Positions 1 through 7,489 of a stretch of 25,073 nucleotides of DNA are shown here, piece by piece (position 1 is the stretch's first letter; each line of letters opens with the position of its first letter). The stretch spans positions 1 to 25,073 of the forward strand of contig JBDRTG010000032.1 of NCBI GenBank assembly GCA_043824255.1, read 5' to 3'. The position numbers and the translations under genes are program-made. The notes under the pieces are model-generated. The model saw nothing but the letters and a program-made list of their open reading frames with translations. It was not told where the DNA came from and searched no databases. The stretch comes from a bacterium. GTDB lineage: Bacteria > JAHJDO01.

Positions 1-40
1 ACATCCCCTGATCGTAACTGTATTCTTTGTAACGTGCCAT
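1..40 (-). CDS. N-terminus of probable IS1182-family transposase (runs off the window)
   Basis: Minus-strand ATG at 40 reads MARYKEYSYDQGM, preceded by AAAGGAAATAAT. It resembles IS1182-family transposase N-termini as I recall them; only 13 codons are visible. Confidence 0.55.
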   Translation of the reverse strand, partial: MARYKEYSYDQGM

Positions 41-138
41 ATTATTTCCTTTCGTGTGAATGTTGATTATAGATTATATCACACGATTAGAAATTCTGAG
101 CCTCATTTTTAACTTTTTAAGACTTATTCTACAGCCTC
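1..138 (-). mobile_element. Left end of probable IS1182-family insertion sequence
   Basis: Minus strand GAGGCTGTAGAATAAGTC (138-121) resembles IS1182-type terminal repeats. It is followed by TGATATAAT (81-73, extended -10-like) and the transposase-like start at 40. The other end is outside the window. Confidence 0.5.
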
Positions 139-200
139 AACATCCGAACTCAGCGGCTGAAAAGCGCAACTTTTTGATTCCGTGCACTGAGTTGTTAGAT
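139..200 (-). other. attC-like site of cassette 3 (imperfect or hybrid, abutting the IS end)
   Basis: Minus strand ATCTAAC (R'', overlapping the ORF stop) AACTC AGTGCACG...AAAAG TTGCG CTTTT...GCTGAGT TCGGAT GTT. The right arm has L'-6 nt-GTT geometry, but L'' and L' do not pair in the canonical register. Confidence 0.6.
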
Positions 201-839
201 GGGTATTTTATTTCGTCTATTTGCATTCTTCTTTTTATATACCCAACCATATATATACCTTAACACGGCATCCGTAATATTTATCATAGCCAAAGTTGCT
301 TCATAAAGAGGGAAGTCTTTAGCATCATTTTCAGCACCTATTGAAATTAAAACTACATTTTTCTCTTTGCTTTTATCTTTACTCAATAGATGAGACATAT
401 GTTTTTCTGAAAAGTGAATATACCCTGAAGCGTTTTTATATACTCTTTCTATCCAAGAATATTTCTTCTTAAGTTCTTCGACCAAATAACCATCTCTCAT
501 TTTTTTGTTTCTCTTATCTTTTAGTCTTTCAATGGGGATTCCTTTTAAAACATCAGTTGCTAATTTATCTGGGTCTTCAACAATGTATGCAGCCGAAAAC
601 CGCAATAGATTATCTAGTTGAAGCCTAACTAAAGGAGCTGCGCAAATATAATTTTTTGCTTTTATCAACATGACAAAACCGGAAATTATTGACATGGAAC
701 GTTTTAATACTGCTCCAGCAAAAAGGTCCATCGCAAAGCAAGCTCCCTCTTTAGCTCTAAGCATCTCTTCGGCAATTTTTAAATGTTCTTCATTCTGTTG
801 CTCTAAAAACGAAATATTTTTTTGTACTTGATCATTCAT
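195..839 (-). CDS. Hypothetical protein, gene cassette 3 (helical; RxQLDNxxR and YxxxSxYxH motifs)
   Basis: 214-aa ORF between GTTAACT (857-851) and ATCTAAC (200-194); the TAA stop lies within R''. Confidence 0.8.
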   Translation of the reverse strand: MNDQVQKNISFLEQQNEEHLKIAEEMLRAKEGACFAMDLFAGAVLKRSMSIISGFVMLIKAKNYICAAPLVRLQLDNLLRFSAAYIVEDPDKLATDVLKGIPIERLKDKRNKKMRDGYLVEELKKKYSWIERVYKNASGYIHFSEKHMSHLLSKDKSKEKNVVLISIGAENDAKDFPLYEATLAMINITDAVLRYIYGWVYKKKNANRRNKIPI

Positions 840-850
840 AATTTATTTTC

Positions 851-928
851 AGTTAACGATTGAACTCAGCTACTGGGTTGAGCTCCATTTGCGCGCACCC
901 TCCAGTTAGCTGAAGTGATTTGTTATAG
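851..928 (-). other. attC recombination site of cassette 2 (78 bp)
   Basis: Minus strand CTATAAC-AAATC-ACTTCAGC-TAACTGG...CCAGTA-GCTGAGT-TCAATC-GTTAACT. This gives R'', 5-nt spacer, 8-nt L'' pairing with 7-nt L' (one extra base), a second unpaired base in TAACTGG/CCAGTA, 6-nt spacer and R'. Confidence 0.9.
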
Positions 929-1879
929 GTCCTTGTTGTTTTCTTTTTTCTGTTTGTTATCCTTAATTTTTTTCCACACTTTTTTCCAGTTTTTATGAGA
1001 TTCTTTAAATTCATTAGACTCTATAATTTCTATTAACGCTTGTCCAGATATAACAATCCTAAAAGCTTCTAAGGATTTAGGCAAATTAAAACCTTTTAAC
1101 TCTTCTGGATTCTTGCGTCCAATATATAACCCAATAATTTTACCTCCAATTTGCCATTGATAAGTTCCTTCATTGTCTTTAGGTACCCCAAAATATGGCT
1201 TTGAAACAATCATTCCACCACTGTCACCAGGCCAGGTGTTCGCATCAAGAAGATACACGTACTTGTTTAGCTTCAAGCAAATAGTCCCCGATCTAATAAC
1301 GCTTTTTCCTTTTTTAAAACCATATGGACCAGGAAAACCAAAAATATGAACATCTTCACCGATTAAAACTAATTCATCTTTTTGAATAAATTTATATGGC
1401 AAAGAAAGAGATGCCTCAGAGAGATTTTGCTTGAAAAATACGGGAAAGATAACAGCATCTATACTTTTATTGCTGTGAAAATTATATAAACCTTGGTATT
1501 GCAAATTATTGAATGAAGAGATTTCTTTATGTCTAGATTGTAATGGAATCGATTCATCTTCAGTGTGGAGTCTAATGAATAATGGTTTTATAAATTCGCC
1601 CCAAGTTAATTCATCTTTTTCATTAACACTTCTATCTTGAACAACATGGCGAGCTGTTATTCCATATGGAACACCATCGTATCGAATGTAGAAACCAGAT
1701 CCGTGGGGTAAATACATATTATTATTCTTTTTTTCGATTGAAAAAGACGTATTAATAAGCTCTTGATAGGGTGCAGTAGTACGCATAAGTACAGGTTTTT
1801 CTTCATAAGCATTAATAACACCAATATTTTGCAAAGAAAGAATTAAAAAAAATGTTAATATATTTAGACTTTTCATCAT
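923..1879 (-). CDS. Trypsin-like serine protease with probable signal peptide, gene cassette 2
   Basis: GSGF, TARHVV (His), IDAV (Asp) and GDSGG (Ser) motifs; hydrophobic N-terminus; stop inside attC R''. Confidence 0.85.
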   Translation of the reverse strand: MMKSLNILTFFLILSLQNIGVINAYEEKPVLMRTTAPYQELINTSFSIEKKNNNMYLPHGSGFYIRYDGVPYGITARHVVQDRSVNEKDELTWGEFIKPLFIRLHTEDESIPLQSRHKEISSFNNLQYQGLYNFHSNKSIDAVIFPVFFKQNLSEASLSLPYKFIQKDELVLIGEDVHIFGFPGPYGFKKGKSVIRSGTICLKLNKYVYLLDANTWPGDSGGMIVSKPYFGVPKDNEGTYQWQIGGKIIGLYIGRKNPEELKGFNLPKSLEAFRIVISGQALIEIIESNEFKESHKNWKKVWKKIKDNKQKKENNKDL

Positions 1880-1894
1880 TTTTTATTATTTTTC

Positions 1895-1953
1895 CTATAA
1901 CGTTAAAGCTAAGGCGCGCGTTAAACCGCGTCGTCTTCAGCACTTCGTTAGAC
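1895..1953 (-). other. attC recombination site of cassette 1 (59 bp)
   Basis: Minus strand GTCTAAC-GAAGT-GCTGAAGA-CGACGCGG-TTTAA-CGCGCG-CCTTAGC-TTTAAC-GTTATAG. R''/L''/L'/R' spacing is canonical, with two extrahelical bases; total length 59 bp. Confidence 0.9.
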
Positions 1954-1967
1954 GTTAATTATTGGTT

Positions 1968-2852
1968 TTATTCCTCATTAAAATGCACTTTGTGCTCTTG
2001 CATAAACGATTTTAAAATATCAACGTGGATACAATGACCCACATGAAGAAATGGACTATTTTGAACACGTTTTGGCAGGCCATCTCGGACTACTTCTTGG
2101 TCTATATCAAAATTAAGGTCAAGATGCCCTGTAGCTGACTGCATACCCCATATCTTCCCATCTGCGTCAAATGCAGGGCCACCACTTTGGCCCCTTAAGC
2201 CTGGCGTGCTCATTTCGAAACCAATTATCTTGTTAGACTCTCCAGGAAGATGCCTAGTTACCATTCCTTCAATAGGAAACCTGGGAGTGTTATCCTGGCC
2301 AGTTGAACTCCATTCAATTTTATCCAAGGTCTCATTGTAAGTAAAGTTTGTGAATTCAGGGAAAGGGAACCCAAGCCGACAGAGAAACTTGCCTTGTTTA
2401 AGACCAGATGAGTCTTTTACAAATACTGGAAATTTTTCACATAGTAATCGTTCGAAAGCATTGAACTTAATGAGGGCTACGTCAAGTTTATTATGAAAAC
2501 GAACCTCCACACCGAATTTTCCTTGTGCACAGTTCACAAATTTATTTCGAAGTTCGACAATTGATCGTTTTGTGTATTTATATTTTCTTTCTAATTCTTT
2601 ACATAACTTTTTTTCTTTTATCTTTCCTTGTCCAGAAGCAAACTCATCTTTAAACTTCTTATAATTTGCTGCTATTTGATCTGCTATAGGGAGTAGTCTT
2701 GCTACGTGCCTACAAGTTAGAGCCCATCCTTCAGAATTAACAAAGAAAAGAGTTGCAGCCCCTGGGTGAACGACCTTAGAAGCATAATTGCGCTTTATTG
2801 AATGAATAGGTCTAGTAAAAGATGATGCTTTTTCAATGGCTTCGACAAACAT
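1968..2852 (-). CDS. Trypsin-like serine protease (no signal peptide), gene cassette 1
   Basis: TCRHVA (His), DVAL (Asp) and GQSGGP (Ser) motifs; flanked by GTTAGAT upstream and an attC downstream. Confidence 0.85.
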   Translation of the reverse strand: MFVEAIEKASSFTRPIHSIKRNYASKVVHPGAATLFFVNSEGWALTCRHVARLLPIADQIAANYKKFKDEFASGQGKIKEKKLCKELERKYKYTKRSIVELRNKFVNCAQGKFGVEVRFHNKLDVALIKFNAFERLLCEKFPVFVKDSSGLKQGKFLCRLGFPFPEFTNFTYNETLDKIEWSSTGQDNTPRFPIEGMVTRHLPGESNKIIGFEMSTPGLRGQSGGPAFDADGKIWGMQSATGHLDLNFDIDQEVVRDGLPKRVQNSPFLHVGHCIHVDILKSFMQEHKVHFNEE

Positions 2853-2873
2853 AATTATCTAGTTTAATTTTCC

Positions 2874-2895
2874 ATCTAACATTAATTATTGAACA
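2874..2895 (-). other. Core site at the head of the cassette array (attI- or attG-like)
   Basis: Minus strand TGTTCAATAATTAAT-GTTAGAT. The GTTRRRY lies 22 nt before the cassette 1 ATG and matches the complement of that cassette's R'' (GTTAGAC) at 6/7. No attC palindrome precedes it. Confidence 0.6.
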
Positions 2896-2940
2896 GTCAC
2901 TTCTACTCTAATGCTACCATAGCTCAAATTACTTAAAACC

Positions 2941-3969
2941 TCAACTAAAATTCAATTTATCCACTGCCCCCTTCAAGTGCTCAGGAGCAAGGTGTGAATA
3001 TATCATTGTAGTCTTAATATCAGCATGTCCCATAAGTTTCTGGACACTTGCTAAATCAACCCCCTTCATCACAAGATGACTTGCAAAGGTATGTCTTAGG
3101 GTATGTAATTTAGTGAGTTCTGGAATATCTGCTTTCTTTGCTATGTGAATCAACTTGGTTCTTAGTTTATTACGGTGTATTTTGTTTCCGATACTGTTGT
3201 AGAATACAAAAGAGCCCTTTCTTCTTTTCTTATGAAGCTGTTCTAACAGTTTAAATAACTGGGCATTTATCGGAATGTCCCTCTCTCCTGTTTTTGGCTG
3301 CCAACTTTCCTTAATCTGTATTTTTACGATCCTTCTTTCAAAATCTATGTCTTTCCACTCTAAGTTTATCACTTCCCCCCTTCTCATGCCCGTATTTAGT
3401 AATGTAAAAAATATCGGATAAGTTCTATCATCGCAGTTTGCTAACAACTTCTTACATTCTTCACCTGAAAGGAATCTTGGAGTCTTTTTGTTTTTAATTT
3501 TTATAGAAGGCACATCATTAAGGGGATTTTCCCTTATCATATTCCATTTAATTCCCATGTTAAATATCGTTTTCAATATAGTTAGTTCATGGTTGATGGT
3601 AATATCCGCTATACTAGATTTGCGGGATGCTTTGTATTTTTCAAATAATGAAGGGTTAAGCTGGGATGTTTTTGTGATATAAGGTTGTTCGTTTAGAAAC
3701 TTGGAGAAATTAGCTATTATTTCTTTGTATCGTGTTGTTGTGCCCTTAGAGTGATTAGTTTCTGAATAACTGATAAAGTCTTTAAAGAGTTTATCAATAG
3801 TGGAGTCCTTATCAATAAACCCGATTTCATTCTTTGCAATTTTTACTTCAATATCCTTGAGTGCTAGTTCAGCAAGTTTCTTTGAGTGCCCTACTTTCTT
3901 TCTTAGCCGTCTATTTCTTATCCTATAATCAATAAAATAGGTATTATCTCTTTTTCGGAGAGTAGCCAC
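2941..3969 (-). CDS. Tyrosine recombinase, phage/genomic-island integrase type (not IntI)
   Basis: TGMRRGE (R), PKTGER (K), [11 protein letters not shown] (HxxR), LMGH and TTMIYSH (Y). Basic arm-binding-like N-terminus; GTG start 123 nt past the tRNA 3' end. Confidence 0.93.
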   Translation of the reverse strand: MATLRKRDNTYFIDYRIRNRRLRKKVGHSKKLAELALKDIEVKIAKNEIGFIDKDSTIDKLFKDFISYSETNHSKGTTTRYKEIIANFSKFLNEQPYITKTSQLNPSLFEKYKASRKSSIADITINHELTILKTIFNMGIKWNMIRENPLNDVPSIKIKNKKTPRFLSGEECKKLLANCDDRTYPIFFTLLNTGMRRGEVINLEWKDIDFERRIVKIQIKESWQPKTGERDIPINAQLFKLLEQLHKKRRKGSFVFYNSIGNKIHRNKLRTKLIHIAKKADIPELTKLHTLRHTFASHLVMKGVDLASVQKLMGHADIKTTMIYSHLAPEHLKGAVDKLNFS

Positions 3970-3996
3970 TTTTTCACCACATTTTCATCCTAATTA

Positions 3997-4015
3997 TGGG
4001 CACATTTTGGGCACA
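3997..4015. repeat. Tandem TGGGCACA repeats, candidate integrase arm-type binding sites
   Basis: TGGGCACA at 3997-4004 and 4008-4015 (11-bp period), between the tRNA 3' end and the integrase start. Confidence 0.55.
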
Positions 4016-4091
4016 GTGCCATTTTGTCTAAGAATAGCATATTTATAAGTGCTTGTCAACAAGTGAATTACGGGGAGTTAAAAAAGAAAAG

Positions 4092-4175
4092 TGCCGAAGG
4101 GGGGATTTGAACCCCCAAGGAGTTGCCTCCACATGGTCCTGAACCATGCGTGTCTGCCAATTTCACCACTTCGGC
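4092..4175 (-). tRNA. tRNA-Leu(CAG)
   Basis: GCCGAAG/CTTCGGC acceptor stem, CATGG-TTCAGGA-CCATG anticodon arm, long variable arm, GTTCAAATC T-loop; CCA not encoded. Confidence 0.97.
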
Positions 4176-4195
4176 ATCTCAATAATACAAAAAAC

Positions 4196-4204
4196 ATTAT
4201 AGCA
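4196..4204 (-). promoter_or_regulatory. Extended -10 element upstream of tRNA-Leu
   Basis: Minus strand TGCTATAAT about 20 nt before the tRNA 5' end; no clear -35. Confidence 0.45.
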
Positions 4205-4299
4205 TTCCTTTATAAATATAAAAGCCAATAATTCTCCAAGAACTAGTTTTATCTTTACACTCTTCTAACCCCGTAGTAACATTAAAAAGGAGAGATGAG

Positions 4300-5700
4300 A
4301 TGTTAAAACAGGAATTATCTTTAAAACAAACGCAAAAGTTAGTAATGACTCCCGAGATGCGCCAGTCTATACATATGCTCCAAATGCCTCTTCTGGAATT
4401 AAAAGAAACAATAGAACAGGAACTAGTAGAAAACCCCATGCTTGAGCTAGTGAAAGAAACAGAGACTGTTAATTCAGAAGATAGTAGTATTGAAGAAAGT
4501 CTTGATGCACATATAAAAGAAGAACTGGAGCAATTCGCCAAACTTGAGCGAGATTGGCAGGAATATTATAGTCAGGCGCATGAGAAGCAAGATACAAGAG
4601 AAAAGCAAGAGAAAAGGGACTACGCAGAAACTTTAATCACTAATAGTTTAGGCTTGAGAGAACATCTATTTAAGCAGCTGCATCTTGTTAAATTATCAGA
4701 TGATGATTATAAAATTGGAGAGATAATTATTAATGAAATAAATGACGATGGGTATCTGCAAAGTTCAGTGAATGAGCTAGCATCTATTACAAATGTACCA
4801 CCAAAGAGTATTGAGAAGATTTTAGGGATAATACAGCAATTTGACCCTGCTGGAGTTGGGGCAAGAACAATTGATGAATGTTTGCTTATTCAGATAAAAT
4901 CCATGGGCAAGGAAAATACCTATAATCAACAAATGATTAAGTATCATTTAGGAGATATAGGCAAGAAAAACCACAAAACTATTGCTAAGGCACTCAAGAT
5001 TTCTGAAAATGAAGCGATTGAAGAGTCTAAGTTAATATGCTCTCTTGAGCCAAAGCCTGGAAGACAGTATAACCCTGTTCAGATAAAATATATTACGCCT
5101 GATGTTACTATTAAAAAGGTGGCTGAGGAAGTCGCATACGCAATTGTAATTAATAATGAAGAACTGCCAATGCTCAGGATAAATCCATTATACAGAAAGC
5201 TAGTGCAATCCTGTGGAGAAGAAAAAGCTAAGAAGTTCCTGCTTGAGAAATTCAAATCAGCAATATGGCTTCTCAAAAGTATAAAACAAAGGCATGCAAC
5301 AATATCTAAAGTAACAAAATATATTATTAAATACCAAAAGGAATTTTTAGAAAAAGGATTATCTCATTTAAAGCCCCTGATATTAAGGGAAGTAGCAGAT
5401 GCCATAGAAATGCATCAGTCTACTATAAGCAGAGCAATTTCAAATAAGTATATTCAAACTCCTCACGGACTTTTGCCTTTCAAATATTTCTTTAGTGGTG
5501 GAGTCTCTAATTCTGCATCATCAACATATATAAAGTCCAAGATACATCATCTTATTGAGAATGAAGATCACAAGAAACCAATCAGTGATCAGAAAACTAC
5601 AGATAAACTTAACGCTTCAGGTATAGATATTGCTCGCAGAACAGTCGCTAAGTACAGAGAGTCTTTGAATATTCTACCATCCAGTCTTAGAAAATCCTAG
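4300..5700 (+). CDS. rpoN: RNA polymerase sigma-54 factor
   Basis: Q/L-rich region I, FDPAGVGAR, HQSTISRA helix-turn-helix and RpoN box ARRTVAKYRE; RBS AGGAGA. Confidence 0.97.
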   Translation: MLKQELSLKQTQKLVMTPEMRQSIHMLQMPLLELKETIEQELVENPMLELVKETETVNSEDSSIEESLDAHIKEELEQFAKLERDWQEYYSQAHEKQDTREKQEKRDYAETLITNSLGLREHLFKQLHLVKLSDDDYKIGEIIINEINDDGYLQSSVNELASITNVPPKSIEKILGIIQQFDPAGVGARTIDECLLIQIKSMGKENTYNQQMIKYHLGDIGKKNHKTIAKALKISENEAIEESKLICSLEPKPGRQYNPVQIKYITPDVTIKKVAEEVAYAIVINNEELPMLRINPLYRKLVQSCGEEKAKKFLLEKFKSAIWLLKSIKQRHATISKVTKYIIKYQKEFLEKGLSHLKPLILREVADAIEMHQSTISRAISNKYIQTPHGLLPFKYFFSGGVSNSASSTYIKSKIHHLIENEDHKKPISDQKTTDKLNASGIDIARRTVAKYRESLNILPSSLRKS

Positions 5701-5716
5701 AATTCCTGTTCATCTA

Positions 5717-6514
5717 CTAGGAGAGTTCCATATTGATTTCAGATAGGTCAAGCTGCAGCATGCTTGCAGTCTGATACCTATTTGCAGGTAATTTTTCAAG
5801 CATTTTCATAATGGTGCTTTCAATATTTGGATGTATTTTGCCATTGATTTGTTTTATGGGTCTGGGCTTAAGACCCAGGTGCTTTGTCAATATCTCTCGA
5901 TCTCCGGATCCCTTGAAGGGCACCTGGCCAGTTGCCATTTCATACATTGTAATTCCGAGGCTGTATATATCAGTCCTGTGGTCAATATCTCTTCCTTTGA
6001 CTTGTTCCGGGGACATATAACTAGGAGCTCCCTGTCTATGAGAATATGCAGTTAGTCCATAGGAAGCAATTCCAAAATCACTTATTTTGGCTGTGGTATT
6101 TGCAATAAGAATGTTCTTAGGCTTTATATCCTTATGAATAATTCCCTTAGAGTGAATATATTCCAGTCCTTTTGTTATATCCAAGCTAATATTTATAATG
6201 GTCTGATTATCAAGTAAACGTTTTTTATTAAGAAGCTCTCTTAATGTTTTTCCTTCTATATATTCCATTGTTATAAAAGGCGTTTTTTTATTCCTTTCTA
6301 GAGAAAAAACCTCGACAATATTAGGATGATTCAAGCTCATCACAAGCTCAGCTTCTGCGTAAAATCTTTTCACAGCTTCTTTGTTTTTTGCCATGCTGTC
6401 GCGCATTAGTTTCACTGCAACTAATTTATTGTCATATAATCTTTTTGCCTGAAATACATCGCTCATACCTCCAGAAGCAATCTTTCTAATGACTTCATAT
6501 CCAGCAAGTTTCAT
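5717..6514 (-). CDS. Hanks-type Ser/Thr protein kinase, catalytic domain only
   Basis: SGGMSDV, VAVK, HKDIKPKN, DFG, YMSPEQ and DIYSLG motifs. ATG at 6514 has a GAGGAG RBS (the ORF track starts at TTG 6526). Confidence 0.92.
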   Translation of the reverse strand: MKLAGYEVIRKIASGGMSDVFQAKRLYDNKLVAVKLMRDSMAKNKEAVKRFYAEAELVMSLNHPNIVEVFSLERNKKTPFITMEYIEGKTLRELLNKKRLLDNQTIINISLDITKGLEYIHSKGIIHKDIKPKNILIANTTAKISDFGIASYGLTAYSHRQGAPSYMSPEQVKGRDIDHRTDIYSLGITMYEMATGQVPFKGSGDREILTKHLGLKPRPIKQINGKIHPNIESTIMKMLEKLPANRYQTASMLQLDLSEINMELS

Positions 6515-6628
6515 GTTGCTCCTCAATACTCTTTACTTGAAACAGGTTTTTATATATTATACACAATTAAATTAAGTTGCAAAATTTATTTAACTAATGT
6601 GGAAATAAACTAGGAAAGGAGATTGGAA

Positions 6629-7375
6629 ATGAGAGTTATAATTGTAAAGAATGCTGAAGAAATGGGAAAGAAGGCAGTTGATTTGATCGCAGAGGAGATG
6701 GAGAAAAAAACCAGTTTTGTACTGGGCCTTGCAACAGGCAGCACACCTCTGCCGCTCTACAAAGACTTCATAAAAAGAAACAAAGCAGGAGAGATGGACT
6801 TTTCCACTGTGATAACATTTAATCTTGACGAATATGTAGGGCTTGACCCAGCTCACAATCAAAGTTATAGATACTTCATGAATGAGAATCTGTTTGATCA
6901 TGTCAATATATTAAAGAAAAATACTCACGTTCCCGACGGAATGGCAGAAGATATTGATACATCCTGCCGTGAATACGAAAAAATGATAGATGAAATAGGA
7001 GGGATTGATTATCAGGTTCTTGGAATTGGCGGTAACGGACATATGGGATTCAATGAGCCTGGTTCTTCTATGGGGTCTTTGACAAGAATAAAGACCCTGA
7101 CTGATGAGACAATATCTGATAACGCGAGATTCTTTGAGAAAAAAGAGGATGTTCCAACGCAGGCAATAACAATGGGCATTGGAACTATAATGAAGGCAAA
7201 AAAAGTAGTGCTTTTGGCAAATGGAGCAAACAAAGCAGACGCTGTTAAAGCAGCTCTTGAGGGTCCTATTACATCAATTTGTCCAGCAAGCGCACTTCAG
7301 ATGCATAGGTTTGCAACTTATGTCATAACTGAGGACTGCGCAACAAAGCTAACACTAAATTATGAGATAGTGTAA
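6629..7375 (+). CDS. nagB: Glucosamine-6-phosphate deaminase
   Basis: GLATGSTP, TFNLDEYVGL, LGIGGNGHMGFNEPGS and AITMGIGTI motifs; ATG 6629 follows AGGAG. Confidence 0.96.
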   Translation: MRVIIVKNAEEMGKKAVDLIAEEMEKKTSFVLGLATGSTPLPLYKDFIKRNKAGEMDFSTVITFNLDEYVGLDPAHNQSYRYFMNENLFDHVNILKKNTHVPDGMAEDIDTSCREYEKMIDEIGGIDYQVLGIGGNGHMGFNEPGSSMGSLTRIKTLTDETISDNARFFEKKEDVPTQAITMGIGTIMKAKKVVLLANGANKADAVKAALEGPITSICPASALQMHRFATYVITEDCATKLTLNYEIV

Positions 7376-7489
7376 AATTAGGATTAAGACGCTTCGCTCT
7401 AAGGATTAAGCTTGTAGTGGATGCTTTTTACTTGATTCTTAATCCCTATAACTTGATACTAAATTTTACGTTTTGAAAGGAAAATTTAT

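Noticed and set aside
60..263. 67-aa plus-strand ORF, and likewise 1852-2037
   Set aside because: They run antisense across attC or IS ends and real genes, with no recognisable motifs.
139..1953. attC-like palindromes as simple terminators or CRISPR repeats
   Set aside because: They have no U-tracts, differ in sequence, are separated by whole genes, and show R/L box geometry with extrahelical bases.
2874..2901. dif/pdif site (TAATGTTAGAT resembles the XerD arm TTATGTTAAAT)
   Set aside because: There is no XerC-like arm ending in ATAA at 6-bp spacing; the cassette core explains the GTTAGAT.
2941..3969. Calling the recombinase intI or xerC/xerD
   Set aside because: It has no IntI-specific insertion before HxxR. 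The arm-binding-like N-terminus and tRNA position argue against Xer.
4005..4022. Sigma-54 promoter (minus-strand TGGCAC) near rpoN
   Set aside because: No TTGC at the -12 position.
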